Source: Blasia pusilla (lineage: Eukaryota). From it: 64,000 nucleotides of DNA. Position 1 is the stretch's first letter, and each line of letters begins with the position of its first letter. A program made the position numbers and the translations under genes. Where the stretch lies: the NCBI GenBank assembly GCA_050084515.1, contig CM114271.1, positions 30,008,001 to 30,072,000 on the forward strand, written 5' to 3'. Below, piece by piece: positions 25,401-39,501 of this stretch. Under the pieces are notes generated by a model, which was not told the DNA's origin, searched no databases, and worked only from the letters and a program-made list of their open reading frames with translations.

Positions 25401-26211
25401 AATGGTAGGATTAGGTAACTCTACTAAGGCTTTGTATCTTTGTATAAGCTATTTGTTCGAAGATTCATTACAAAGATATCTTTCACGTTTGCTGAAAGTG
25501 AACTTCCACTTGTAGATCTTGTAAGATGTACTTTCTTGTAATATGTCTTCGTAAATGCCTATCTTGGAGTCTACTATAGATAAAATTTGCAGTTCAAGTG
25601 GATCAACATTAAGAATGTTTCTAATGTAGGACGGTGTCATATATACATGAAAGTTAGTGCATGGCTGGTTTTAGGTACATAGATCACAAATGTGGAAGTG
25701 GTCTCGTTTAATTAGGTATAATATAATCTTTACGGAATCCATCACATAGTCCATAGGGTGGATATGTTGATGAGTGCACCACACACATTTTTGTTCGTTG
25801 GTTACTGTAGAGAATATTTCCACAATACCTACAACTTTGCATGTCTCTAAATATAGATGAGCATATCTTCTTCCATTTAAGTAGGTAGCTATTTGCAAAT
25901 GACCAACGATTGACAATGTTGTTTTCTGCGGTGGGCAATTTTTTCTGGCTCCTTTTCCTTTGTATTGCTAATCGACTCTTATTAAATGTATAGTATTGCC
26001 TTCTTGAGGTTGTGTGTGACTTGTTGTATGGCATTGGTTCCATCTTAGTTGGGGCTTGGTTTGGAACTGAGTTTTTTTCATTCTTACTTCTAACCATGTT
26101 ATTAAGTTTCAAGAAGAGTACATGCGGATAATTTTCACTCATTGTATATGAGAGCATTAGAAAAAAGAAATTCCATGACACTTTTGTTCTCAAGAAGTCT
26201 AGATCTTCCAT
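22446..26211 (-). mobile_element. Decayed Helitron Rep/helicase (RepHel) pseudogene
   Basis: Rep motif 1 region SPTWHRRHLKDLKAMV...HFFLTLTSDE...WPE (~24720-24838). Motif 2 EMQVRGSIHC (~24517-24546). VIAYHPLILLLWEAHMNI...YLPKYALK (motif 3). PIF1 helicase GPPG (~23221-23232), VIVIDECSML and PFAGKLVLLVGDLCQI. Many stops and frameshifts. Confidence 0.9.
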
Positions 26212-26439
26212 GGCACGTAAGATTTGAGAAGTATTAGTCTAGCTGATTTCTACACATTAAATTTTAACACTTGGTTAGTTTGTTGCACTATATGTTTGTC
26301 TTTGGTACACTCTCTCAAGTCTTATTAGTGGGCCATCATCTACCTCAAACCCATGGTAAATGAAGGCAAGGTAAGGAATTTTGGATCTAAAGAGCAGGTT
26401 CCGTTGTGCAAAAGTTTTTTTCGAAATTTCACACAACCC

Positions 26440-29400
26440 TATCATTGGAACAAGGTAGAAGTTGGCCTCATTTTGGGATAGAATCCTAGAGTACTAGAAC
26501 AAGAACCGCTATGCCCATGCTCAATAAAGGCCATGGTTTTCACTTGAGACAAAGTGGTCATCAATCAAGATAGATGTTGCAAAGATCAACAACTTGTATA
26601 GTCAAATGGAGGCACTCCAAGGAAGCAAGAGAAATAAGGAAGATAAGATGAAGAAGGCATTAAAACTCTTCCATGTTTAAGAGCCCAAAGAATGCTAACT
26701 TCTCTTCCATCCATTATTGGGAGATATTGAAAGACATACCCAAGCAGACATCATATCAAGAGGGTGCTAAAAAAGTGAATTTCATGAAGAAGAGAGCCAT
26801 CACGCTTGATAACCTCAACCACGACCCACCTATACAAGGAAAGGATGCTCATTTTCCAAGTGTCTCCACACATGACTCACCAAGCATCATTGCTCAAGGA
26901 CCCATTGGCACCAAGGTAGTCGATACGAGCACGCGGTTTGAGACTAGTCTTAGGTGAGAAAGGGCATAGATACTAGTGGGGATAAGGGCAAAGAAAACAA
27001 GGTGTAAGACTTGTGAGCCAAGACAACCATGAGATATAAAACAAAAAGATTCAAGATGGGAACTAGCCATAAGAAACAAAAAACACGAGTCCAAGGTCCA
27101 ACGTATGTTTGGGGAATTGGGAGTTGCAAATTATTCAAGAAGGCTCCACTAAGTTATATTGAGGGATAACTTTGGGTATGCGGGTCGCAAAACACATTTG
27201 GGTTGTCGGACAAATTGGAGGCATTGCTCACCTTAAAAATGAGGAGGTCCTTAGTGCTCCATGATCAAGTAACCCACGCTAGGATTCAATTGCGGAAAAT
27301 GTACTTTTGAAGCTCAATTGCGAGATTTGTCACTCAGTTCCAATAGACGTTGGCGGTGATTGATGATATGTCAAACATCGACCAAGGCTTAAATTTTTTA
27401 AGACCATGATGCCTTAGTTGAAAAGGAAATTGTGAGAGACGAATGCAATGCTAGAAATCAAGTTAGGAAGTAGAAGGTGGGCATTGATATGGAAATTCAA
27501 CTAGTGGCGGGAAAGATTCAACTAGTGAGACAAGATGGTCCCAACTATAAATACAAGAGCATAGTTTGGCCGGATTAATAGGAGGAAACCCAAAGAGATT
27601 AGGCCACAACCGAGATCAGAACCTAAGAGGTTCAAACCCAATAAGCGTCGATTTCCAAGCAAGAGAGGACATCAAGTGAACCCGGAGCTAAAGGGTCTTA
27701 TCTGTGTGGAGATCTAGATCACTTCAAGCGAGAGTGCCCCAAACCAAAGGGAGCCAATGCAAGAGAGATCTAATGATTGCTCAAAGAAGTGAGATCAGTC
27801 ACCAAATGTGAGGATACTTATTGGGTGATGGGGACCAACGTCTTTACGTTTAACTTGATCAATTGCAAGCCTTCGAGAAATAAGTTAACGGAAGGTGTAG
27901 AAACTTCAAACAATTCACATTAGGATGCTAGTGAATATCACTTTCTAGTTGAGGTATTGAATGGAGGAAAAATGTATGGTTGCTCTATTTGATATAGAGG
28001 AAACCTGCAACTTCCTAGATCCTAAAGCGGTGGAGCGGTTGGGAGAGCAAGTAAACAATATGAAATAACCCCAAGTTGTGATATATGCGGATGGATAACC
28101 TAGAACCATCCCAAACCAAGCATAAAATATCAATATGGTGATTCCAAGAGAGGAAGTTGAATTTAGTGATAGGGAAAATTTTATAGTGTGTAGCTTAGGC
28201 AAGATAGGTATGATTTTATCACTTAGGTTTTTGCATAGACATGCCATGGTGATTAGATCAACCAATGGCATATCTACACAAAAACCTTTTTGGGATGGAG
28301 ATGCAATGAGAATTTTCGAGATTCAAAGCGCAAATTTGCATCCTCAAATATTGAGGGTTAGTCAAGTAAAATACGTTGCTCACTTGATTTTTGCTAAGAA
28401 ATTTGAGAAGGATCTTAAGGGTGAGTTCTAATATTTGGGAGTTATGTTAAAAATTGTGGAGTCTCAATAGAATAAGGTACCATTAAAGGAGGAATTAAAA
28501 AGGAATCTTGGAAGAATTTGGGGATGTTTTGACCGGGGAACTTCCAAAAGGGTTTTTGTCTAAGAGAGATATGGATCATAAAATTGAACTCGAACCCTAA
28601 ACTGCGAGGAATCCTTGGAGGATGACTCCCCAAGAAATATTTTTTTTGTATGAGTGCATTAAGGCATTGGAGGAAATCGATTTTATCCACTCAAGTATGT
28701 CGGTATTTGGAGCCCCTTCCCTTTTCATCTCGAAAAAGGATGGATCTATATATGTGGTGATGCGTGGATTATAAGGGGGATTGAACAAAAATACCATCAA
28801 GAATAAGTATTCATTGTTTTTGATAGATGTCTTGTTCAATGGGATGGTAGGTTCAAAGAATTTTACCAAGATTGACATGAGATAGGAATATTACTAAATC
28901 CAAATTGCAAGGGAGGATGAACATAAGACAACTAAGAGGACAATCTTCGAATCCTACAAGTTCCTAGTGATGCCATTTCGACTAGCTAATCCGCCAACTA
29001 CTTTCATGATTCTCATGAATTCTATCTTTCAAGATACTTTAGATAGGGGAGTAGTGGTATTCTTTGATGACATCCTCATATATTCGGTGATCCATAAGGA
29101 ACATGAGGTTCCCCTCAAAGAAGTCTTGGGGGGGCATGAAGAAGAACAAGTTGAATACAAAACCTTGTAAGTGTTGCTTCATAGTTCATGAAGTAGAATT
29201 CTTAAGATGCACATTGATCACGGAAGGCACATGATCCATTCATGACAAGCTTGAGGCTATCAAGCTATAGCTAGCACTAAGGAGTTTTATTGAAACAAGG
29301 TTATTTGTTGGATTGATTACCTTATGTCGAAGATACATCCACCACTTTGCCTAGATTACTAGACTGCTCTGTGTTTTGATGCCTAAAGTGACCGTGTTCT

Positions 29401-29620
29401 GATAGTCTAAGGAGTGCTAGGAGGCGTTTGAGCAACTAAAGTTTATGGTTAGTAATGTACAAAACTTGGCAAAAGTTAGGGTTTAATTCAAAGTTTGGAC
29501 TAAAACATCAAACTTTATAATTGGGTGAGTGTTGAACTAAGCGTGTCGACCAGTTTCTTTTGAGTCAGCCAAGTTAGAAAATAATTGGCCAACTCATGAA
29601 AGAGATATGTAGAAAATTCT
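26440..29620 (+). mobile_element. Decayed Ty3/gypsy retrotransposon (gag-PR-RT-partial RNase H)
   Basis: Zinc knuckle SYLCGDLDHFKRECP (~27696-27740). Protease-like VALFDIEETCNFL (~27979). RT VMPFRLANPPTTFM...VVVFFDDILIY (28967-29083). RNase H fragments to NWPTHER (~29600). No integrase or LTR seen. Confidence 0.85.
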
Positions 29621-30978
29621 CATGGTTGAATTCTTTTTATCTCTACCATGAGAATTTTTTACTAGTGTTCATTTTAAGAGGAAGATTACAATTGTAAAGT
29701 TGCTAGTGCAGTTCTTTAATGCATTTATTTGTTTATACCTAATTTTTGTCTCTATTTTTTTCTTTCCTCTACCCCATTTTAGTCACTTTACGAATTTAAT
29801 TATCAACAATCTTCCTGCTATATCCTAATATTGCACTAATTCTATCTTTTGAAAGAAATTTATCAGAAAAGTGTAGTTTAGAAAAGTAAGGTCAATATAA
29901 TAAAAATAAAATCGTTCAAAGTGTTGAATAGGACTCCGGGCTGACTCAATATCAAATCCCACATCATTAACCTTTGTGGATTTTCAGACCATACGGAACT
30001 TTGTTTTGATGTGGAGGACTGTTCACTTTGGAAAATTATCAAAGTACTGGATGACATTTTTATTTATACTTTCTAGTTGATGAAAAATTCCGAGATGTAG
30101 ATTGTAAATAAATTACAGCTAATTCTTCAAAGTCATTCATTTTAAACGTTTCTATGAAAGTATAATTTTCTAAGAACGTTTCATTGTGTGACTATTCGTG
30201 GTTACACATTACATCAACCAATGAGACCTTCCCGATACATCTAAACTTTCAACCATATTAGCATTCCTTCTAATCTAGAACCACATTTCCACCACTACTC
30301 CTATCGTTCCTTACAGGTGAACATTTCATGTAAATAATAACACCAACCAGTGTGTGAGGCCCTTTGAGAGGGGTGGGGGAGGAAGCAATTATAAAAAAGA
30401 GTGCTTGGATGGAGAGGAGGAAAAAAGGTGATCAGAGCTCGTATGAATTAAGACAAAAGATCATGTTCCCCATCTTCCAATTACAAACGACCGATAGTGC
30501 ATTTTTCCATCAAGGAAACATACGACTTAATATTTTCCCAATGTACACTATTATGCAGGATTTTACAAAGGTTTCTACATCAGACACAAAACTATGTACA
30601 CATGAACAATACTAAACAGACCCAATAATACCCTTTCCTCAACCACCGTAATTTCTCTTATAAACAAACCTAGATCTTTCTAACTGGTTTTTTTTTTCTT
30701 TTTCTCTCACCACCTGTATCTTTTCTCATCAACAAAACTAACCTTTCGACCTATTTTTTTTTCCCTTCACTATTTCACATCTGGTAAGGTGCTATCCAAC
30801 AGAAATTGTTCCAAGTTCTTGCTAAGACAATTCCTAGTTTGCATGTTTCTTTTCTCTAGCCATCTCCTGTGGTTTAGTTACACAAAAGAAACTCGATATA
30901 AAACCAGAAATAGCCAATCTCCTTTCTGTAACCGTTCATTTCCCACCGCTTACTAAGTCAGTACATATGTTTACTGGT

Positions 30979-33900
30979 CTACTCTTCCATGATCTGCTTG
31001 CCCTTGCCCATAGGTTCTTTGTACATCTGGACCAGCTCTTTCACGACACGTTTCACAGAGCCATTGTTCTTAAACATTAAGCGCCGATTCATCTCAACGT
31101 CATAAAATCCCATCTCTTCCAGCTCCTCCAGAATTGGATCCCACTCTGCAGCGACACACAAATCGTCCAAAGTGCGTTGGAAGTCTAACTTGTTTTTCTC
31201 CAGCAACTCCAGGATTAGTTTTCGATTGGTGAAACCCATTGCTTCCAGCTTGTCACATACTGCAGGTGCAACCTTATCGCTCATCACCTCTGCCATTTCT
31301 GCGCTGATGGAACTCTCTGATACAGGGGCTTGAATCGGAGCACTAGAAACATTCATTGTAGGTGGCATCTCAACCATGGAGAAACCACCCCCTAATTCAC
31401 TACTCTCCACCGCTGCGACATCATCCTGTGCCTTCACATCTATCTTAGGTTCCAAGACGCTTGGATATTTTGACTCCTCCACAGGCAGTTGTGCTACTAC
31501 CTCACATGCTGGAATTGATTTTTCCACCCTTGAAATCTTCGAAAATGGATTCTCCTCTCTACTTCCATCTTCCTCCGTTACAATAGTCATTGGTGTTTCC
31601 CCTTTAATGCCGTTATTTTCCTGGTTAGCTAATTGCACATCGAATGGAAGAGCGTTCTCAACAACGCTTTCCTCCTCAGCCACATCCTTACTACACTCAG
31701 CACTGGGTGTAGCGACAGATTCGGAGGTAGAGATGAAGTAACGAATAGCAGATAAGGAGTCCACCAAGTTCAGCCCTGAACTTTCTTCTGTACTTTCTGA
31801 TTCATCTACCGTCACATCCAACGTTGCCTGATTCAACCCATTCTCAATATTGTGTACATTTGTTTCATGTACTTTCTCAACCACCTTTATCAACCCCAAA
31901 GGAATCGGATTAGAAAGAGAGAAGTGTCAAACAGTTTAACCACAGCTAATACGCACATTGAAATCAAACATTACACTCACAGTTATTGAAGTCACACTTT
32001 GAAGAGAGTAATAATCTGCAATACCAGTCTGCTTACTCCAGGCAAAGCAATGGGAGGGTACCTGAATTGACACCCACACACGATGTCCGAACTTTGGGCC
32101 GAGAGGGGATGCAAGACGCCAGTGGGAGACATAGCGGCCAGGTCTCTCGGGTGCCACAAACTCTACTGATACTTCCACCTCCTCCTCGGGACTTAATCCT
32201 TGCTGGGGTAACTGAACCCAGGAAACATGGACATCAATACGGCAAGGCCACGATAAAAATGTTTCGTATGAAGTCATCCCGTGGACCGCAACAGACAGAT
32301 CACGAGTAGAGAAAGAAAACCGGGATGTGAACACCGGAAGCTCCCCAAAGAAAAGTTAAGCTAGCCTTTAGCATTCGAATTTTCCTATTAACTGGCCCAC
32401 ACCTTGGTCCAATTTTACTCAATTTGGTGAGTTAGATTATACTCATGAGAAACTTACATCTAATGGCGCGCTGACGCCACAACCCAGATCGTCACCGCTG
32501 ACCTGTACAATCTTCGTGCCAGCAGGCCACGACAACGTGCCGCTATTTCGAAAACGCCAGGTTTTCGTGAATTTGGTTCGAGGAGGCAACTCTGTCCCGT
32601 CCAGAATAGTAACGTCTTGCACGAACCGGGCATCCAACTTTCCTCCGTAACCACCATTCATATGGTACGTATGAGTGCACCGACTATCAGGTCGCGCACC
32701 ATACGGTCCACGCGTAGTGCAAGTCTTCCCCGGGTAGTTGTTTCCACTCAATGCAGGACAGCGCTGAAACATAACTCCGTTAAGTCAGAGCTTCTTAAGT
32801 TAAAACATACAAGACCTGTTCATCTCAAATGTGTAATTTCTCCACAAGCGGACAACCAGTTCTACATCAACATTCACAGGGAGGAAAAACGTACCACCCG
32901 TCCGGTGGCGGGGGAGTGCATGTGCCGAGGACGATACACCGGACGATCCATTCGTGTGTACTCACTGCTATTACCTATGTCCTTGAAACAACCCAGGCAC
33001 AGGTCGTAGTCATGGTTCCTACAATTATGACAAATTGTGAGTAAGTTTTCCAGATTAGCGTAATTCCATGGGACAACACTCGTCTCAATGAAAGGAACCA
33101 GTGCGAGCGACTTACTTTGATGACTTAAAACGAGGACCGATTATAGGGTTCACTCCACAGCCGTCGCACTGCACACCAGTATGAAAAACGCGAGTCACGT
33201 TCACTGCTTCAAGCGGATCGCTATCTACTCTCTCTCTATCAGTGGACGGGGGGCCTTCAGGATTTTCAGAAACTAGATCAGCCGAAGTCTTGATTGGGGC
33301 TGTCTCTGAGGGAGTAGTAGTCGACGCTTCCCGAGTACTAGTGGAGGTGAAGAGTTCGGCCGAGACACGTCCCGTGCCTGAATCCACGCTCTTCACTGAA
33401 GACACAATTTGAGAGGTAACCGTTTTCACGATGGTTTCGAGCAAGTCTGAAAGCTGGCGCGGTGATGCAGAACCCTTCAGAAGAGGTTGCAAGGCGACCA
33501 CACACGGCTTCACAGCATCTGGGGAGAACTCTCTCAGCAAATCGTCGCAACTGGCACCAGGCTCCACATTTGATGTACGCTGCTCAGCACGTATCTCATC
33601 CTTGTGCGTGAGGAGAACGACGTTCAAGCGCAAAGGATTGAGGGCTTGCACGACACACGCATCCTCCAAGTCCTGGTCGTCTCCCATGGTAACAATATCA
33701 TTGTCCTTGTCCGTGTAAGTGATACGAAGCTGTGAATTTTTCGGCAGCTTGAAGATTTCCCGAATCTTGGCTTCCAGCCTCGCGAAAGAAAGAAGACCTC
33801 TATTCTCATCCTGAGGTCGGTCGCCGTAATACGACAGGCGGCGCAGCGTATCTTCGTACTTTATCTGCAAAAAATCGATTGGTTACAAATCATAAATCCT

Positions 33901-34220
33901 GAGCAGAAACGCTACATCCACATCGTGGGCACAAGCCGAATACCGACACCGCCAAATTTCAACATCGATTCGCAACCTCGCAAGGCACCGAAAAATTTGG
34001 CATCAAGATCCACCACACACCCTGCAGATTATGAACCATACTTGGCTCCAGCGAGCAATTACTGTTCTAACAGATTCCTATCGACAGGGTAACCCTTCAA
34101 AGAGCCAGAGAGGAGATCAAGAGACAACGACTGGCAATTGGCCGTCAATTGCCATTGACGAACAGAACTCCTGCTTGAAATCGAGGGACGGCCACAATTC
34201 ACCTTGAGAACGTAAGTCAT
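30979..34220 (-). CDS. NBR1: NBR1 selective autophagy receptor (PB1-ZZ-FW-UBA-LIR-UBA), 6 coding exons
   Basis: Approximate exons: 34220-34203 (MTYVLK), 33864-33116 (PB1 IKYEDTLRR...YTDKDNDIVTM; ZZ start HTGVQCDGC), 33019-32895 (HDYDLCLGC), 32768-32459 (FVQDVTILDGT...TKTWRFRNSG), 32217-32062 (APERPGRYVSHWRL...FGHRVWV), 31887-30979 (two UBA domains flanking the AIM/LIR EWDPIL). Confidence 0.95.
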
Positions 34221-34765
34221 GGTGAAGAATAACAATTCCAGTCGCGAATTAGCAGCGAGCTCGCCGGCTCGCCAACAGACGCAAAGAACCCACGAAGCAC
34301 AGTCGCAAGAACGCGTTCCGGTGAGCCGCGACAACGGTATAACCCAAGATGAAATAACAGAGGAAGAGTCCTGTCGCAGGACTAATCAAGCCCAGCCCAG
34401 ATCAACAAATGGCTGTGAATGCGCGCGTTCCTGTAAGCCGCGTTTGCCCCAGCAGAGAGTGAAATGGCACACCAGGTAAGAAAACCAATGATCCAAGAAA
34501 GGGTAATGGAGGAGATAGAGTGGGTATCATCCCGTTATATGGACCCGCTGCTTTGCCGTGTGGATCAAGCGAGGTCGACGACAGCGGAAGGCAGGCCTCT
34601 CTTCCTACCATAGCACAACTGAAGATCAGTCCGGACAAGGCCAACTGAAGCGTGCACCCAACCAACTCCCATCTCTCACTCTCCTCCCATCCGACTTCCA
34701 GTATTTCCGACTCGACCGGTACCCTAATATATATCGGATTATGTACAAAATTGTTTTCAGAAGAA

Positions 34766-35110
34766 CTAGTATGTTGCCCGTGACAGATTTTTCTCTTAAT
34801 TAAAAATTTAATTATTTGTAAATGACATCCATTGAGTCTCAATGGACCTATGTCAAGAATAGAAGGGCCTTAAAAAGATAGGTGTCCAACATTTGAAAAC
34901 GTTTTCCTCTAATTCCATGCACGGGGATGTAAGGACTAATCATGTTGTACGTAAAAACAAATTTAAACGTGTAGAATGGGAAAAAAATTTCTTGCTGCCC
35001 GTAGAGTAGGAAACATTTTTTTACTTTCCCGTTACCATATGTCAAGCATAGAGACGATTGCAAATCAAGAAGGCACCCTCCAATAATAATATAGATTATA
35101 TGGCCCTTTG
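34766..35110 (-). mobile_element. 3' end of a non-autonomous Helitron, paralog of 42879-43110, with the terminal hairpin split by a ~130-bp insertion
   Basis: A|CTAGTATGTTGCCCGTG [34783-34914 insert] CCATGCACGGGG...CTAATCATGTTG...CATATGTCAAGC aligns with 42879-43070. Confidence 0.6.
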
Positions 35111-35444
35111 ATACGGTTGGGGAGAAAATAATGATCAAGTATGTGTGTAATACACATGTTTGCTAGATGGAAAGAAAAATTATAAGAGTTGTAATTAGTC
35201 TTTCGTTGAATACTTTTTGAGAAAAAATATTTTTGTGATGAAGGGGATTAATGATGGATAATTTGAATTATTTATCTATTTTGGTTGATTTCAAAATTAA
35301 CTCCCAACTTGATCTTAAGCATCCAAAATTGATGATTTGATTGTCTCCAAATTTGATTTTAATTCTAAATTATCCAAGAATATGTATCACAACGTGATTG
35401 GCTAAAAGAACTATCAAGTGTCAATAAGAGACAAGTGTGAAAGT

Positions 35445-35894
35445 CGTCACATATTTTAGGATAGATCGACAAGTTTATAATAGAGCGCCTTCAAGGATAT
35501 TGGAGGAAAACCTCATGAGATCAATGACAACATGTTGGGGCATTGGGTAACTTGAGAGGGCATGTTTCTCCTTCGTTTCAATCGATTTGGAATCATGAAG
35601 AGAAACTTACTATTTTTAGTAAATTGTTGTTATGAATATAGTTGACTTTCTATTTTGGGAAGTGATGCTCGACCCTCTATAACGGGTCAAGAGCCAAGGA
35701 GATCCTAAACCCTAAACCTACGAGCATAGGTTACCATGGAGAGAGCTCGAGAGAGTGAAGGGGGTATACCCAAGGAGAGAGCGTTAGAGCTCATTCTCTC
35801 TTTTTTGAATCTTTTGGCATGAAGCGGCGGAGCTATGGTCCTCATGGCCATGTGAGTAATCGAAGCCTCGGATTACCAGACTGGATTTCGTTAC

Positions 35895-35940
<46 letters not shown>

Positions 35941-36060
35941 CTTGTGTGCACTTGTTGAGTGATCTTGATTTAATTGCATATATTTTGGTGCTCGATTATC
36001 TGGATGTTTAGATGCCATGAGTTAGTATGGTATCTTATATGTTTGTGTGTATACTCGCAA
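35445..36060 (+). mobile_element. Diverged solo terminal repeat (B+A) of the DNMT-bearing retroelement family, inverted relative to 49584-50226
   Basis: Colinear with the reverse complement of 49584-50226: GTCAC..TTTTAGGATAGATCG, GTCAAGAGCCAAGGAG, GAGCATAGGTTACCATGGAGAGAGCT, GCGGAGCTATGGTCC, and then the A segment GATGCCATGAGTTAG. Confidence 0.75.
35897..35936. repeat. (GA)20 microsatellite inside the solo repeat
   Basis: Direct reading. The related copies carry only a short GAGAGAGA at this position. Confidence 0.95.
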
Positions 36061-39000
36061 TCTCTCTCCCTTAAAATTACATGTGTCAATATCAAAGATA
36101 TCAACATTAGAAGAGTTGTTTCTTGTAACCCTCCCCTCTTAATTGTATAAACACTAGGGACTCCCTACGGTTTCGAAGTCTGGCTTCTTTCCCGTTGGAA
36201 CACAAGAGGAAAAATCTATTCTCAATTTCTCAATTTTTTTCCGAAAAGTAGATATATATTATAATGGGAGAAATATTCTTGATTTCCAAACACTTCCTTG
36301 ATTGACACGTGGCATTCAGGCAGTAAGAAAATATTTCTCGTACAACTTGCAAAAAAAATCCTCTAAAGGTAGTAAGAATTTAGTTTTTGAAGCATGAATA
36401 ATCATGTATAAGGCACGAGATATGCACTAGTGATTAATGTCCGATATGTATTTGAATGAACAATGATAAATTCAAAGTCTCCGTTGGGCTTAAAGGGTTG
36501 CTAATTCAATATTCCGGTAATGTTACACTTCATAGTTGATTTCAATGAATTTCTATTTAGGGTGAGAAATTTGGAGCTAAATCATCAAATTTTCATCAGA
36601 AGTTTTTTTTTGGATTTTTAATTACTCTTTCAATTTGTTTTATCTCTGATTTTCCATTTCTAGGTTTTCAATCGTTATATTTATTTCACCATATTTCACT
36701 TGAGTGATATTGGGATGAGTAAGATAGCATTGGAAAGCTTGTAATAATCCAATTCAGAAAACACTAGAAATCTTGCCAAACACAAGGAAAACTATTGAAG
36801 TATGACCATAATTGTCAAATAACGACTTTGATTGAGAGCTTCAAGTAATTGCCCAAGTAGGATACTTACAAAACAACTAAAGATTTCTAGAATCTATGGC
36901 TAATTTACTTAAACTAAAGGCGCGTCATGCAAATTTTTTGGCCCAAAAAGTATAATCAACTGAGTGGTTTGATTGATGATCCTTTTTTTATTAGACATCG
37001 TATTGTTTAAAATTAAAAGTGACCATTTGTTATTTAGATAAAAGTTTCATTTGTGTGTCCAACTAAGTGTTTTTGCAATGAAGCTAGCAAGGGGAAATCA
37101 CTATCATTGGAGTTTGGTGGTGGTTTCAAGTGTATTTTCACATACTAGGACAATTTTAATAAACTTTGGAGAATTCCCATTCTTTGAATTTAGAGTTTTT
37201 TTTCCTTAATTCTCTTTTTTTAGGGTCATACCTACTCTTAGCTCTACTATAATATCTATGCCCTATGCTCATCCATAGACTATTGTGCTTGACATAGCCT
37301 CTAACCTCCATATCCCCCTCCCACAAGGTAGACTTCATTTAAGGGCCTTGGGAACAAAATGTCATTAATATAGTTATCCAACATCTATGGCAACATCACA
37401 TGATAACAACATGCTTACTTTATTACAACTCAAAATCAAACTAATATTCATGCATCTTTGATAGATATTGAAATTCAAGAAACTAAATGTTTACAAATGA
37501 AATTGGAAATTCTAATTGAAAACCGTACATTATCATAGTTATACATTAGATTTTAATTTTCCAACATGATATTCCTCTATGATTGAATCTAATCATATGT
37601 TTTTGGTATCCTACCTACAAGCGCTTCATCATAAAGGATATAATGCTACTATAATAGTATGCAAGCCAATCTTTCTTCTATAGGAACCGTATGGATATCT
37701 AATCACTTCCTTACTTACTTAGATTTTTCGATAGGAGGATGCTATAAGTGTTTGGAGAACTTTTAGGGCCTAGCTATTTTGAGTGCCCCATGCATATTCT
37801 AATATTTCCACAATCCTCTTGGCCGATTGCCTTTGGCAGTATGGGTCTTCTCTTGACAAAGTTAATGGCCCATATGGCTATTTTAGGTAGTTAGGCCCTA
37901 TGAGCATCACTTCTTTGATCTAGATTCTTTGTTAGAAATAGATCCCTCCTACTTCGGTCGGTGGCTCCAGTTGATGAAGGCTGTTTCCCATCATAATCTT
38001 GTCTCAGGGCATGTAGAGAGTTTCTCTTCTAGAGGTTAGGATGGATCTCTAAACTCTCTTCCTTGGTTGTCTATGGTCTGTATGGGCTCAAATCTATTTA
38101 ATGGATGCCCACTTAATGATGTTTTTTTTAGACACTATGTTTGAAGAAGGTATTCCTATGGAGGTTCAAGTCCATATTTGCTCATGACTCAAGAAGGGGA
38201 GCAATTCATAGATGGATGCTCTCCCCCTCATTTTCCACATTTTTTGTTACATCTTTACTATAACGACAAGATTTAATTTATGCCTCTTCTAAACATCTAC
38301 AATTGGTTTAGTGCATTATGTGCGTCATTGAAGCTTGGATTTTCTTTGTTTGCATTTAAAATGCTATCCAAGAGGGGGTGAGTGGATAACCACTCACAAT
38401 GGTGTGCAAGACATCATATTCGGCAAAACATATGAGAGCAACATAAATGCCTAAGAGAATGATATTACTCCATTCAAGATTCCCTCATTCAAACATCCTT
38501 ATACTTGGTGAGGGACATTGACATGATGAAGATTGACATTATAATTATCAGGGCACATGTGATAGCATGGGGAGATTGCTACAATCGCACTGTCAAAAGA
38601 CAAGAATCAACTTTATAGTTGCCTCACAAATGACATCATCTAATTTCAGTAATCACAAGAACAAATGGGACCATATGCAAAAGCTGAAGCACTTTCCTTT
38701 TGCCAATGGTCAGACACACCCACATTCCTCAAAGTGGAGGTCATCTCCTCCACTTGATTAGGTTGTTTTAATCTAAAACACTTCTTTATTATACAAAATG
38801 GATCCCTATTGTTTTGCATCTTTGCAAACTAAACAGCATCTCTATTGGACTCATGTTCTAAGAGATGCCATTGCTGAAAGCCTTTGTGATGGTAATCATG
38901 TTTCTTCAGATGTAATTAATATTATTTTCTTTTGTTGTTGAAGGTAGATTTTAAGACTTTTTCTTTTTCATTCTCCTTTTTTTATTGAAGGTGCTCAAAA

Positions 39001-39501
39001 TCAAGAATTCTCTCCTAACAATACGAAGTTTCTAGTGGTCTTCTACCTCCCCTTCCCACTCCCCACCCCCTTTAGAGATATTAGAGATACACCTTGAGAT
39101 ATCAGTGTTTATGAAAAAAGATCTAATTAGATATAACACCACAGAAGCAGTTCTAACACACATAAGAGCAGTTACTGGAGGATTCATTTATCATTCACTA
39201 TCCAATGTAGGCTAACAGTTTGTAAGAATCACGAAGAAAGCTCACACTGTAAAACAAGACCGGTCTGTTTTACATCCTTTGCGTCCCACACATCAACTGC
39301 CAAAAAAAGCTCACATAGGGCCCAATCATCATTTTGAATACACTGCACGTTGTATACCATGCCAAAGCTCCGTAAGCTTGGAAGAAGCTTCGTCTTAGTG
39401 GAGTTCCAGCTGACTGGCTTCGTGAGTCCCTTAGACTGCTCATACCTTACATGGAAAACGGGACGACTTCACTACTCCCTTTCTCAGTCCCAATGTTTTC
39501 T

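Noticed and set aside
9710-33718. Plus-strand ORFs antisense to MBF1c, CDC7 and NBR1 exons (e.g. 9710-10093, 13720-14133, 31376-31741)
   Set aside because: Shadow ORFs of real minus-strand exons.
37100-38950. Possible decayed retrotransposon coding remnants
   Set aside because: CpG-poor and TE-like, but no motif I could assign confidently.
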